Below are positions 24,151 to 36,632 of a DNA stretch of 64,000 bases, one piece after another. The notes beneath the pieces are model-generated. The model was not told the DNA's origin and did no database searches. It saw only the letters and a list, made by a program, of their open reading frames with translations. Source of the DNA: Okamejei kenojei (Eukaryota). The stretch lies in the NCBI GenBank assembly GCA_035221665.1, contig CM069150.1, positions 5,952,001 to 6,016,000 of the forward strand, read 5' to 3'. How positions within the stretch are numbered: the first letter of the stretch is position 1; every line of letters begins with the position of its first letter. A program made the translations under genes and the position numbers.

Positions 24151-25561
24151 TGGAAAGAATGGAAACAATCTTCAAAATCCCTTTTACAAAATGAGCCAGT
24201 GTTTGCAGCACAATCCACCCATTCATTGAAACCACCCATTCATTGAAACAATCTGATTTATTGCGACACAATCTACCCATTTATTGAAATGTTTTTGAAT
24301 TGGGAAGGAATAAAGGAGGCACCATTGTGAAGGAGAGGAAGAACAATGGGGACCCGGCGTGGGGGGACTGCCATGAGGAGAGGGAGGGAGGGGGAGAGAA
24401 CAAAGGAGGACCTGGTGCAGGGGCATTTTGTAACTTTATAAGTGCCCTTTAAGTGTTGACTATTTGCATACGCAAGCAAAGAATTTCACGGTCGCTGGTG
24501 ACAAAGTATCCAATTCAATTCAACAATTTATCCACAGTTGGGTGAGGTTTGTTTTCTGTTTCAAAGATCTGTGCGGCATGATAGCTGTTTGCAGTCCGAG
24601 ATAACTTGGTTGCCCACCTGATGAAAGTCATTGTTGATGAAAGGCACTTGAGGTTTTGAAGCGTAAAGTTATAAAGCGTAAAGGTTTTGAAGTGCAAAGT
24701 TATAAAGTCGTTGCTTCAGTTCAAAAGCCATGTAAGCATTTCCTTGAAGTGTTGTCAGTGGTGTGAAGATATTTGCTTCAAGGACAACTGCCACAAGGAT
24801 TCGAAAGTTAGAAGCTTTCAGGAAGCGGTGAATTTTGGTCAGGCTATGAAATAATTACATTTGTTTAATTAACAAGATGTCACACATTTTTTTTGGCTGA
24901 AATCATTTTGTGACCTTTAATTAATTGTTCCTGTAACATTGCCTTGAATCATCAGTGAAAAGGGGTAAAAAAAGAACATGTAATTGAAATCCAATATAAT
25001 TTGGCTCAAATTATCCATTGTCGCAAACAGCTAGATGTGTCACATTTTACCAGGCTAATTATCAAATCCTAGTTTGGTGATGTTTTGCAGTGTTCGACAT
25101 CTCACTTATATCGCGCATTAATTTGTTATGTAAATGACCAATTTATTAAATGGTTTGATCTCCTTTGAGGTTTTGTTGCAAAACTATTGTTCCATTTCCT
25201 ACAAAAAAACTTGGTGATTGTTCGGGGTCACACAATTTCCAAGCTGTGATTTGGGGACTATAGGACTTCTAAAGCACCTTACAACTGCTACCAGTTAGTT
25301 AGTACACACTTCCGAAGGATATCTTCCTGAGCTTTGAACATAATGATTTTATGCCTCTGATATTTACAGCACAGAAACAATTCAACCATGCCATTATCCT
25401 CCATGTTAACACAATGTTTGCTCCCTGCTCCTTCAATATTTCCTTGCATTCCTTGTGCATTTGTCCAATCTCTCTAACATCATTCACTTTCAACCATTCA
25501 TGATTTTTATGCTCTAGTTATGCATGATTAGCTGATTATGATTTTTTAAATAATCTGAAAA

Positions 25562-25873
25562 GGGCGGCACGGTGTCACAGCGGTAGTGTTACTGCCTTTA
25601 CAGCACCATGGACCCGGGTTCGATCCCAACTACGAGTGCTGTCTGTACGGAGTGTGTACGTCTCCCCATGACCTTCGTGGGTTTTCACCGAGATCTTCTG
25701 TTTCCTCCCACACTCCAAAGATGTGCAGTTTTGTAGGCTAATTGGCTTGGTGTATGTGTAAATTGTCCCTAGTGTGTGTAGGATAGTGTTAATGTGCAGG
25801 GATCGCTGGTCAGTGAGGACTCGGTGGGCCGGAGGGCCTGTTTCCGCTCTGTATTTCTAAACTAAACTAAACT
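25562..25873 (+). mobile_element. HE1-like SINE, full length
   Basis: gggcggcacggtgtcacagcggtag (A box), ggttcgatccc (B box), core ttcctcccacactccaaaga, and (taaac)3 tail. Confidence 0.85.
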
Positions 25874-25989
25874 ATACAAAATACTGAAGAGAACGCCTCA
25901 TTAAGTAGCTGATCCTCACCAATAATCTACTTCCTGGTGCCCAGTTTGAATTCACCTAAGGGAACTTTGTTGGGTATGACTCATCCCAG

Positions 25990-26520
25990 ATCCAAGACTG
26001 CAAGATTCCTTCGGGACAGTGTTTTGGGCCCAATCATCTCCAGTTGCTTTCTTAATGATCATCCTTCCATCATATTGAGGTCAACAGTGGGAATATTTGC
26101 TGACAAACACATAACATTCAATTCTACATGCAGCAACCCACCCTGCGCTTGCATACAGTAAGATCTAGGCCACAGCCTGATGCTGACTGATAAGTAGCAA
26201 AGACCATTTGCACCACAGATAGACACAAAAATCTGGAGTAACTCAATGGGTCAGACAGCATTTCTGGAGAAAAGGAATAGGTAACGTTTCTGGTCGAGGC
26301 CCTTCTTCAGACCTGAAACATCATCTATTCTTTTCTCCAGAGTTGCTGCCTGTCCCGCTGAGTTACTCCAGCTTTTTGCATCTATCTTCAATTTAAACCA
26401 GCATCTGCAGTTCCTTCCTGCACCTTATGCACCACAAAGGCACTGGGCAATGATGAATTCCAACAAGAGAGTTTGACTACTTAACCAAGATGTTTAATGG
26501 CACCACCATTGCTAAGTCAA
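25990..26520 (+). mobile_element. Old CR1/L2 RT fragment interrupted by a Penelope fold-back (26218-26420)
   Basis: SVLGPIISSCFLNDHPSII..VGIFAD motif. Confidence 0.6.
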
Positions 26521-26787
26521 CAACCACCGTTGCCATTTTTGATATAATTATCAGATATGCAATTAACCATAACTGGATCTGCAACGAACCACCTGTGGCC
26601 AGTGACCAACATAACTAATGCACAACGTATTGCTGGAAGACCAAATGTCTTAAAAGGAAACTGTACTTATATGAATCATTACATGACTCTAAGTGTCAAA
26701 GATGAAGGATCATTGTTGCTATGCTATTATGGCCACCTCGTGTGTGCAGTTTTCTTTGTGATATGAGTTAAGGATTTATAAGCACAT

Positions 26788-27195
26788 CATAGAAACATAG
26801 AAAATAGGTGCGTGCGTACGCTATTCAGCCCTTCGAGTCAGCACCGCCACTCAATATTATCATAGCTGACCATCCAAAAGCAGTATCTCATTCCTGCCTT
26901 CTCCCCATATCCCTTGATTTCTTTAGCCCTCGGAGCTAAATCTAATTTTCTCTTGAACCGTTCATGGAATGGGCCTCCATTGCCCTCTGTGGCAGAGAAT
27001 TCCACAGATTCATAACTCTCTGGGTGAAAATGTTTTTCCTCATCTCAGTCCTAAATGGACTAGCCCTTATTCTTAAACTGTGATGCCTGATTCTGGACTC
27101 CCCAACATCGGGAACATATTTCCTACATCTAGCCTGTCCAATCTCTTAATAATTGTACATGTTTCTATATGTTTTCCTCTCATCCTTCTAAATAC
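26788..27195 (-). mobile_element. CR1 LINE 3' fragment
   Basis: Reverse complement of the CR1 3' end with atagaaacatagaaa tail. Confidence 0.8.
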
Positions 27196-27710
27196 ATCAG
27201 AGATAATTCCCCCCCTCTCTTCTGATCCAAGTCTTGCTGACAGCACTTGGTTTTCATATCATATGTGAAAGACAACCTTCCAATCCAGCAGGCATATTGC
27301 AGAACTGCAACAGAATATCAATCCGATTGTACAGTAGATCTGGGTTTCAAGAGTGGGATTTGAACCTACCGCTTCCTAACTCCCAAGTAGGTTGCTGCTG
27401 AGAGAACCGCAGCTGACACAGATTTATAGCTTTATTCTAGCCAGCTTGAGGGCATATGTTAAACATGGATTGCCACTGCAGGGAGATCTCTTAAATCCAC
27501 TCCAGTGACTTCATGAGTACCATCAGGGAGTTGTTAACAATGCCCGCTGTCCCCTTTTTGTCAAGTGACAAAAGCCATCCATTATCAGAAGGTTTGTTGC
27601 AAACAGCTGCTTCTGAGCTTCCTGATTAAATCAGTTTTGAAACACACAGTGACACAAGCGATAATTAAAACTTTATTAAAAAATATATATATATATATCA
27701 CACAAATCTA

Positions 27711-27757
<47 letters not shown>

Positions 27758-27807
27758 ATAACCATATACGGTCACGGAGGAACAGACTGAAATCAACTAG
27801 GCCTTCG

Positions 27808-28722
27808 TCATCTGTAGACCGACCGCTGGTTCTGACAGGCCAGGGCACATTCTCATCCATTAAACTTTGCTCAAATGAGTGGACAGCGCTTGAGATTTGC
27901 CCCTTCCTGAATGTGCAAGGAGACAATTACATTGTAGGTCAACTGCATTTGTCTAAATGGCTGTCTCATCCTAACGCTTTTAAAGAGAGAGGTTGGTATA
28001 TAGCGACATAAGAGAAGATGCAAGCTTGACCATAAAATAAACTGCCGGAGGAACTCAGCAGGTCAGGTCACATATATATATATGTATATGTATGGAAGAA
28101 ACTCAGCGGGTGCAGCAGTCTAAGGATGCGAAGGAGATACGTTTTCGGGTCGAGACCCTTCTTCAGATATGTATATAGCTTTAATAAAGTTTTAATTATC
28201 CCTAGTGTCACTGTTTCAAAATTGATAAATATATGTATTACATTTATTACATAAATATAAATATAATAAAATATATAAAAATAATTTATAAAAATTATGT
28301 TTTATATGATATATATATAATAAATGTATATGTATATATATATAAAATAAATGTATATATTATATATATATGATATACATATAATATATATAATGTATGT
28401 GTATCATGTATATATATTATAATCATATATACATGTATATATATACACATGTATATATGACCTGACCCTGCTGAGTTCCTCCAGCAGTTTATTTTATGGT
28501 CAAACTTGCATCTTCTGTTATGTCGCTATACACCAACCCCTCTCTTTAAAAGCATTAGGTTGAGACAGCCATTTAGAGAAATGCAGTTGACCTACAATGT
28601 AATTGTCTCCTTGCACATTCAGGAAGGGGCAAATCTCAAGCGCTGTCCACTCATTTGAGCAAAGTTTAATGGATGAGCATGTGCCCTGGCCTGTCAGAAC
28701 CAGCGGTCAGTCTACAGATGAC
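27808..28722. repeat. ~265-bp inverted duplication with AT-microsatellite spacer
   Basis: 27808-28072 is the reverse complement of 28457-28722 (high identity). 27628-27680 is also inverted at 28181-28226. Confidence 0.9.
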
Positions 28723-29473
28723 TGTAAGGAGGACGCTGAGTTGATTTCAGTTGAGAAGTGAATTGAAAATGAATTAATCCACAAGGCACAACCCAGTGCT
28801 TCAATCAGCTCAGCATTCCCTGTGCGAGAATAAAACATGGTACAGTGTTAATTGTTGTCATTACGGGATAATGACCAATTTAGGATACAAGCTTTATGGT
28901 GCATTAATACCAGCTGCCTCGACCAATCAAATCACGAATTTAATCTCCTTACTAATGTCAGCTGGGGAGCCCTGCCAAGCCAATTACAGACTTTAATTGC
29001 CGTCGACCATCTATTGCTACATTTTTCATTTACTAGTTAACAATCTTAAGATAAATAATCCAGCATGGCCCCCCAAAATCAATACTGATTCATTTAAAAA
29101 TGTATGTTTTTGCAGAACAAAATAAATAACCCTTGATTCACTTAGGCAATAAATATTATAGTCCATTTGGTCTTTTTAGTTAAAAAAAAGTCTAGTTCCA
29201 TTAAATGCGCAACTTTCACTAAGCAATTGAAACTCATTCTGTGGTCAGATGTGCATTTTTTGCGGGCTTGCTAAATTTAACTGACTGAAAGAATAAGCAA
29301 TTTGCTTCCAGTTGAGTCCGAGACATTGATCTCCCATGCTTCATGTACACTTGAAGCATAACCCAAAAAGGATTAGTTTCAACTTTCATGATAAACTCTT
29401 CTTTATCCCCCACTCAATGGGTGATTTCCTTGTTTATGGGGAACCTGGATTATCAGCTTTCTAGTATGCTTCG

Positions 29474-30115
29474 ATAGACACAAAAAGCTGGAGTATCTTA
29501 GCGGGACAGGCAGCATCTCTGGAGAGAAGAAATGGGTGATGTCTTGGGTTGAGACCCTTCTTCAGACTGAAAGTCACGGGAAAGGGAAACAAAAGATACA
29601 GAATAAACAATGATATAGAGAGATATGGAACAATGAATGAGAGCTATGCAAAAAAGTGATGATGATAAAGGTAAAAGGCCATTGTTAGCTGTTTGTGGGG
29701 TGAGAACGAGAAGCTGGAGCAATTTTGGTGGGGGAGGGATGGAGAGAGAGGGAATACAGGGGTTACTTGAAGTTAGAGAAATCAATATTCACACCACTGG
29801 ACTGTAAGCTGCCCAAGCGAAATATGAGATGCTGTTCCTCCAATTTGCATTTAGCCTTACTCTGACAATGGAGGAGGCCTAGGGCAGAAAGGTCAGTGTG
29901 GGAATGGGAAGGAGAGTTAAAGTGTTTAGCAACTGGGGAATCAGGTAGGTCCAGGCGGAACTGAGCGAAGGTGTTCAGCGAAACGATCGCCCAGTCTACC
30001 TTTGGTCTCGCCGATATATAAGAGTCCACATCTTGATCAACGGATACAGTAGATGAGGTTGGAGGAGGTGCAACTGAACCTTTGCCTAATTTCAAAGGAC
30101 AGTCGGGGTCCCTGG
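29474..30115 (-). mobile_element. Penelope-like element 3' part (GIY-YIG endonuclease, terminal module)
   Basis: ..PVAKHFNSPSHSHTDLSALGLLHCQSKAKCKLEEQHLIFRLGSLQSSGVNIDFSNFK*, preceded in another frame by GLLYIGETK..LGDRFAEHLRSV. Confidence 0.9.
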
Positions 30116-30169
30116 GCAGAGTTGGGGCTTTGTATGCTTTGTCGGGGCTTTTGAGGTTAATTCTTGCTG

Positions 30170-30325
30170 AATCAGTCGCACTTTGACTCTGAGTCAGATG
30201 TTGTGGGTTTAGGCCCCACTTCAATGATTTGAGGACACAATCCAAGATGGCAGTGCTGACGGATTGGTGCCCATCTGACCAGAGGTACATTCAGATGAAT
30301 TAAAAGATCTCATGATGTTATTTTA
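30170..30325 (+). mobile_element. Ancient tRNA-derived (Deu/SacSINE-like) SINE fragment
   Basis: ctctgagtcaga..ttgtgggtttaggcccca head and taaaagatctcatgatgttattt, resembling the Deu core. Confidence 0.45.
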
Positions 30326-31623
30326 ATAAATACAGACACCAAAGTAAATCTTACTCAAGGTATAATCTAAAACAGAATATATGGTTATGGTTATTACTAG
30401 GTTGTGGATTAGTGGGACCTTGGTTACATTTCTAACATTATAACCAACTCTGTCTGGGCTTTGAGCAGTTCATTGTTCATTTCCTTCCACAGATGCTGCC
30501 TGACTTTGAATGCAGGGGATAAATTAGATTCTTTCTTTTTGGATGATGACCCTTTGTGTGCCAGTTTGGTAGAGTTGTTGCAGGCCAGTGTTCAGTAATC
30601 TATGCTGCACTCAACTGGTCAGACAACATCTGTGGAAGGAAATAGACATACAATGTTCCATGTGTTCAACTTTAGATGAGACCTTATATTAACAGTCTGC
30701 TTGAAGTTTAAGTGAAACACAAAAAGATATCGTCTGAGAGTAACCCAGTACACCCATCTCAAACTCCCCCAGCAGAAGGTGTGGACGGCAGGCACAAAAT
30801 GCTGGAGTAACTCAGCGGGTGAGGCAGCATCTATGGAGAGAAGGGATTAGCAATGTTTCGGGTTGAGACCCTTCTTCAGACTGATGTCAGGGGAGGGGGC
30901 GGAACAAGGAAAGAATGTAGACGGAGACAGTAAGACTAGTGGGAGAACTGGGAAGGGGGATGGGATGGAGAGAGAAACCAAGGGCTATTTGCTGAACCAG
31001 ACTCCGCCATTGGTACAAACCATAGGTCTTTAGACAACAGTGAACTTATCTCACATATTTGAATGAAAAAGTGGACATTGTAAAGGAACATATGATATCC
31101 CAAGCCCCTTTAGTTCACCAGCCTTTCTCCTCTAGTATAGTTTGAGTTCTTGAGAAGAATTCAATGATTTACCATGGACTGCGGGATCTGCATTATCTAG
31201 AGATGAAAGCGACTGCAGATGCAGGAATCTTGAGGGAAACACAAACTACTGGAGGAACTTGGTAGGTAAAGCAGCAAATGTGAAAGGATCTGAAGAAGTG
31301 TCCCAACCTGAAACATTGTATGTCTATTTCCTTCCACAGATGTTGCCTCATCTGTTGGGTTCTGCCAGCAGGTTTTTGTTTGCTTCCGAATAACCAAAGT
31401 CCACTGATTTCTCTTCTTGTAACAATAATTTAACTTCTGCAATTTCACAATCAAAATATCTATACCATTCCTATAACTCTCATCTTGTCCTCTTCCGGTT
31501 TGCGTTTTTGAATTTGCACAAAGATGGTACTCTATATCGCTCAATTTTCTTTGCCACCTTACTCACCGTTCTCCGCTGCTCCAAGCGCACCAAGTTTTCT
31601 TTTGATCGGTGGAATATTACAAA

Positions 31624-31925
31624 AGTCCACAAGCCGTGAGTGAGTGAACTGTGAGTCCCCAAGCCATGAATGGGTAAACTACTGTGAGTCCACAAGCCGT
31701 GACTGAGTGAACTGTGAGTCCACAAGCCGTGACTGAGTGAGTGAACTGACTGAGTAACTGTGAGTCCACAAGCCGTGACTGAGTGAACTGTGAGTCCAGA
31801 AGCCGTGAGTGAGTGAACTGTGAGTCCAGAAGCCGTGAGTGAGTGAACTGTGAGTCCGGAAGCCGTGAGTATGCGAACTGTGAGTCCAGAAGCCGCGAGT
31901 GAGTGCACTGTGAGTCCAGAAGCCA
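31624..31925. repeat. 30-bp minisatellite, block A
   Basis: Unit GAGTGAACTGTGAGTCCA(C/G)AAGCCGTGA(C/G)T, about 9 copies. Confidence 0.95.
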
Positions 31926-32455
31926 CTCAGAGCATGGAGCCTGCCCGATTGCTGCAAACTCGAGAAGTGAGGAGTGAGAGTGGGGGTATTGAGGGAGCTG
32001 GGTGCTGACAGGGTCGTGCGCTGGTGGGGCTCAACACCCCCGGATACACTCCCCCAACCCCCTCCCCTCGCACACACCCAACCGCCCCCAGCCACAGGCC
32101 ACGACAGCGCTCTCCCCCTACCAGCCCCTGCCTGAAGCCGTCCCTCTCCGCCGGCTACAGAATGCACCCACTGGCCCACAATGTCCATACTAGCCCTCTG
32201 GAAACCAGTCCCTTTGGCCCACAGCCATACATGCCCTTCTGAAAGATCTCCCCTCACTGGCCACCGCCTGAAGCCGTCCCTCTCCCCGGCTGCAGAATGC
32301 AACAAGAGATGCAACAAGAAAGAATGGATTGAATAAATCTCCTCTATAACATTTAAATTGTTGTTCTTCTCCCCATATCCCCTGACTCCGCTGTTTTTAA
32401 GAGCCTTATCTGCCTCTATCTTGAAAGCATCCAGAGAACCTGCCTCCACTGCCCA

Positions 32456-33322
32456 CTGTGAGTCAGTCAGCCCGGAGGCCTGGAAGCCTGGAAGCCGTGA
32501 GAGTTGAGTCCACAAGCCGTGACTGAACTGTGAGTCCACAAGCCATGACTGAGTGAACTGTGAGTCTGTGAGTGAGTCCACAAGCCCCATGTGACTGAGT
32601 GAACTGTGAGTCACAAGTGAGTGACTGTGAGCCGTGACTGTGAGTCCACAAGCGTGACGTGAATTGAGTGCACTGTGAGTCCACAAGCTGTGACTGAACT
32701 GTGAGTCCTCAAGCCATGACTGAGCTATGAGTCCACAAGCCATCACTGAGTGAATTGTGAGTCCGTGCACAAGCCGTGTCCACAAGCCATGAGTGAACTG
32801 TGAGTCCAGAAGCCATGACTGAGTGAACTGTGAGTCCATAAACCGTGACTGAGTGAAGCGTGAGTCCACAAGCCGTAAGTTAGTGAACTGTGAGTCCACA
32901 AGCCCTAAGTCAGTGAACTGTGGGTCAACAAGCCCTGAGTGAGTGAACTGCGAGTCCTGAAGCTTTGAATCAGTGAACTGTAAGTCCAGATGCCGTGAGT
33001 GAGTGAACTGTGAGTCAAGATGTCGAGAGTCTGTGAACTGTAAGTCCAGATGCCGTGAGTGAGTGAACTGTGAGTCCAGAAACCATGCGTCAGTGAACTG
33101 TGAGTCCAGAAGCCATGAGTCAGTGAACTGTGAGTCCAGAAGCCATGACTGAGTGAAGTGTGAGTCCACAAACTGTGACTGAGTGAAGTGTGAGTCCACA
33201 AGCCGTAAGTTAGTGAACTGTGAGTCCACGAGCCTTGAGTCAGTGAAGCGTGAGTCCACAAGCCCTGAGTGAGTGAACTGCGAGCCCACAAGCCGTGAGT
33301 GAGTGAACTGTGAGTCCAGAAG
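32456..33322. repeat. 30-bp minisatellite, block B
   Basis: Same unit, roughly 28 partly degenerate copies. Confidence 0.95.
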
Positions 33323-34579
33323 CTGCCCTGAGTGTGGAGCCTGCCCGATTGCTGCAAACCCGAGATCCTGAGGAGGTGAGGAGTGAGAGTGGGGGGATTG
33401 ACGAGCCAGGCGCTGGCGGGGCCTGGCGCTGACAGGGCCGGGAACACTGGCAGGGCTCAACTCCCCCGCCCACACACCCCCCATCCCCCTCCCCTTGCAC
33501 ACTTCCACCGCCCCCCCAGCAGCAGGCCACGGAATCAGCAGGCCATGGCAGCGGAAGGTCACGGCAGCGCTCCCCCCCCCACCAGCCCCTGCCTGAAGCC
33601 GTGCCCCTCCCCAGCTACATAACGCTCCCGACAGCCCACAATGTCCATACTAGCCTCTGGAAACCAGTCCTTCAGCCCACAACACCCATACTAGGCGTCC
33701 CTCTCCCCCAGCTGCAGGACACTCCACCCTCCTCCACTGGCCCCTGACAGCCCCACCTGAAGCTGTGTCCCTTCCCAGGCTGCAGGACGCTCCCCCCACT
33801 GGCCCCAAACAGCCCCCACCTGAAGCCGACCCCCTTGCCCAGCTGCAGAACGCAACAAGAGATGCAACAAGAAAGAATGGACTGAATAAATCTCCCCTTT
33901 AACGTTTAAATTGTTGTTATAGTTTAAGAGTTATTCACATTTTAAGCTTTAATAAATCCCTTTTCCACTTGCCGTACCCGTCAGCTGCACCTGCAACATA
34001 ATAGTTATGTGTCACAATGAGAACCCAATGGGAGGGAATCACTGCGCCGCCGGAGAGCCGCTAAAATGGATGGGGGGGGGATTGAGGGGGGGATTGAGGG
34101 GGGGGGGGGTTGAGGGGGGGATGGAGTGAGTGAGTGTGTGTGGGAGGGAAGAGCAAGGAACGGAGTGGGGGGTGAGGGGAGAAGGGGGGATCAGTGGCAT
34201 CACAACAGGAACCCGTCAGCTCCGCCTGCGCAGTTGGGGGCTATGCGTGAGTGGTGGAATATTGGAATTGGTGGAGTGAGAATATTGTGTTGGGGGGACC
34301 AGGCCTCCCATGTGAGAATGGGACCCAATGGGTCCAACTTAGTCTAGTTTTAATTAATCCTCCGATCTGAATCACAATGCTAATCTCAGTACCTTTTCCA
34401 ATAAGATATGACTTTTGACAAACTTGCTTTGGCATATCTAATTGTTATTAATCTCATTTTGCTTTGTTTTCATTTCACTGCTGTCAGCGTCTCGAGATTA
34501 GGTTAACAATAACAATATGTTTCTTTGGGATATTTTCACACCTTCTTGGCAGTCTTGAGATTAAGGGTGATTTATAGAT

Positions 34580-35075
34580 CATATGACAAAGGAATGTATA
34601 GCACAGCAAAAGACATTCCGGCCCACAATATCTGTCCTGAATATAATTCCAATGTAAACTAAACTCAACAGCCTGAACATGATCCATATCTCTCCTTTAC
34701 CTGCACATCCATGTGCCTACCTAAAAGCCTCTTCAATGCCACCATCGCATCTGCCTCCACCACCAACTCTAGCAACACGTTCCACACGCCCACCACTCTC
34801 TGTGTAAAAAATTCCTCCCACATCCCCTTTAAACTTTGCTCCTCTTACCTTAAAGCTATGCCCTCTAGTCTTTGCCATTTCCACACTGGGGAAAATGTTC
34901 TGACTGTCTACCCTATCTATGGCTCTCATTATTTTAGATGCCCCTCAATCTCTGGCATTCTAGAGAAAACAATCCAAGTTCGTCTGATATCACCCAGTGC
35001 AGACAGCATTCTGGTAAACGGTAAACCTCTTCCACTCTCTCTCCAAATCCTCAGCATCCTCTCTGTAATGGGGCA
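34580..35075 (-). mobile_element. CR1 LINE 3' fragment
   Basis: MRAIDRVDSQNIFPSVEMAKTRGHSFKVRGAKFKGDV. Confidence 0.85.
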
Positions 35076-35113
35076 ACCTGCAGCAGCCATCTTCGGGCAA
35101 TGGATAAATATAC

Positions 35114-35219
35114 TACCACTCTCCAGGGCTCGAAATTAGCGGTTGCCCGGGTGCCAATGGCAACTTACAGTCCCGCCGGGCAACCTAAAAGCCATGCCAT
35201 TTTGCCCGGCTTGGCAAGC
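35114..35219 (+). mobile_element. hAT-like transposon terminus
   Basis: CAGGGCTCGAAATTAGCGGTTGCCCGGG with repeated GCCCGG/GGCAAC subterminal motifs; only one end seen. Confidence 0.45.
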
Positions 35220-36344
35220 AACCGGGACACCCGCCCGCCATCCGTGTCCGGGTCTCGGCTCTCCGCTCGGTGCTTGCTCTCGGTGCTTGCTCTCGACGCT
35301 CGGCTCTCCAAAAGGTCACGCAGTCCCAAGCGTTCTTCCAGAAGATCGACAACGGACCTCGTGGGGGCTGCCTTTTATAGGTCACCGAACCTTGAGGGGC
35401 CGAACTACAGAGGGGTGGCATATTTACAATCCAATCAAGTTACAATAATACATTACTGACAGGCACACAGGCCAATTACAGAATCTTCTTACATTGTTGC
35501 AGGTGAAGCTTCCAGAAGAGACTAACAGAATCTTGAATAGTGCAACATTTACCCTGGGGTTCAAACAAACAATAGACAATAGACAATAGACAACAGGTGC
35601 AGGAGTAGGCCATTTGGCCCTTTGATCCAGCACCGCCATTCAATGTGATCATGGCTGATCATCCCCAATCAGTACCCCGTTCCTGCCTTCTCCCCATATC
35701 CCCTGACTCCCCAATTTTTAAGGGCCCTATCTAGCTCTCTCTTGAAAGCATCCAGAGAACCTGCCTCCACCGCCCTCTGAGTCAGAGAATTCCACACTCA
35801 CCACTCTCTGTGTGAAAAAGTGTTTCCTCATCTCCGTTCTAAATGGCTTACTACTTATTCTTAAACAGTGGCCCCTGGTTCTGGACTCACCCAACATCGG
35901 AAACATGTTTCCCGCCTCTAGTGTGTCCATGCCCTTAACAATCTTATATGTTTCAATGAGATATCCTCTCATCCTTCTAAACTCCAGAGTGTACAAGCCC
36001 AGCTGCTCAATTCTCTCAGTAAACCAGAAAGGGTTTAACATTTGAACTAATCAACACTTAACAGGGTAACTGTCTCGCAACATTATTTACAATATATACA
36101 AGGCTCTTGCTGAGATCCAATCAATTTTATACATTTAAGTTTGTTTGCAGGGATTATATACATTTTATCAATTAAGGGGAAATGAGGAGAACACCTGGAT
36201 TCTTCAGCCTTATATATCAATCTGATGCCCAGACTGGTTGGCGCCATCCACAACCTGTACATTTCCACTGACAAAGGTTAAACAATTCAGACAAATGCAG
36301 GGATCCTCCATTTTATGGTGTCTTTAATTTGGTCAATATTAACA
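35220..36344 (-). mobile_element. Solo LTR related to the ERV LTR, split by a CR1 insertion
   Basis: Starts TGTTAA at 36344. 35305-35420 closely matches 19566-19680, including the TATA region. Later blocks match U3. Confidence 0.8.
35571..36017 (-). mobile_element. CR1 LINE 3' end (young), inside the solo LTR
   Basis: ERIEQLGLYTLEFRRMRGYLIETYKIVKGMDTLEAGNMFPMLGESRTRGH; (aatagac)n tail. Confidence 0.9.
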
Positions 36345-36347
36345 ATT

Positions 36348-36632
36348 TTGAGGTGAAGTGGAAAATATTTAATAGGAATCTAAGGGGTAGCTTTTTCGTA
36401 CAAAGGGTGGTGGGTGTATGGAACAAGCTGCCAGTGAAGCTAGTTGAGGATGGGACTATCCCAACATTTAAGAAACTATTAGACAGGTACATGGACAGGA
36501 CAGGTTTGGAGGGATGTGGGCCAAATGCAGGCAGGTGGGACTAGTGTAGCTGGGGCATGTTGGCCGGTGTGGGCAGGTTGGGCCAAAGAGCCTGTTTCCA
36601 CACTGTATCACTCTATCACTCTATCACTCTAT
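36348..36632 (+). mobile_element. CR1 3' fragment
   Basis: FNRNLRGSFFVQRVVGVWNKLP..FKKLLDRYMD; (actctatc)n tail. Confidence 0.85.

Larger units (their letters stand above)
31459..34347 (+). mobile_element. Non-autonomous Helitron with internal minisatellite
   Basis: 5' TCTATA preceded by A. 3' GGACCC-AAT-GGGTCC hairpin, 8 nt spacer, then CTAG followed by T (A|T target site). No TSD. Confidence 0.8.

Noticed and set aside
25562-25640. tRNA gene
   Set aside because: The A/B boxes belong to the tRNA-derived head of a SINE; no complete cloverleaf is present.
31624-33322. CRISPR-like regular repeats
   Set aside because: The units are directly tandem with no unique spacers, there are no cas genes, and the context is vertebrate.
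31679-33562. 627-aa ORF with (LVDSQFTHSR)n repeats
   Set aside because: It arises from a 30-bp (10-codon) minisatellite lacking stops in that frame, and reads through a CR1 fragment and Helitron sequence. There is no evidence of a gene.
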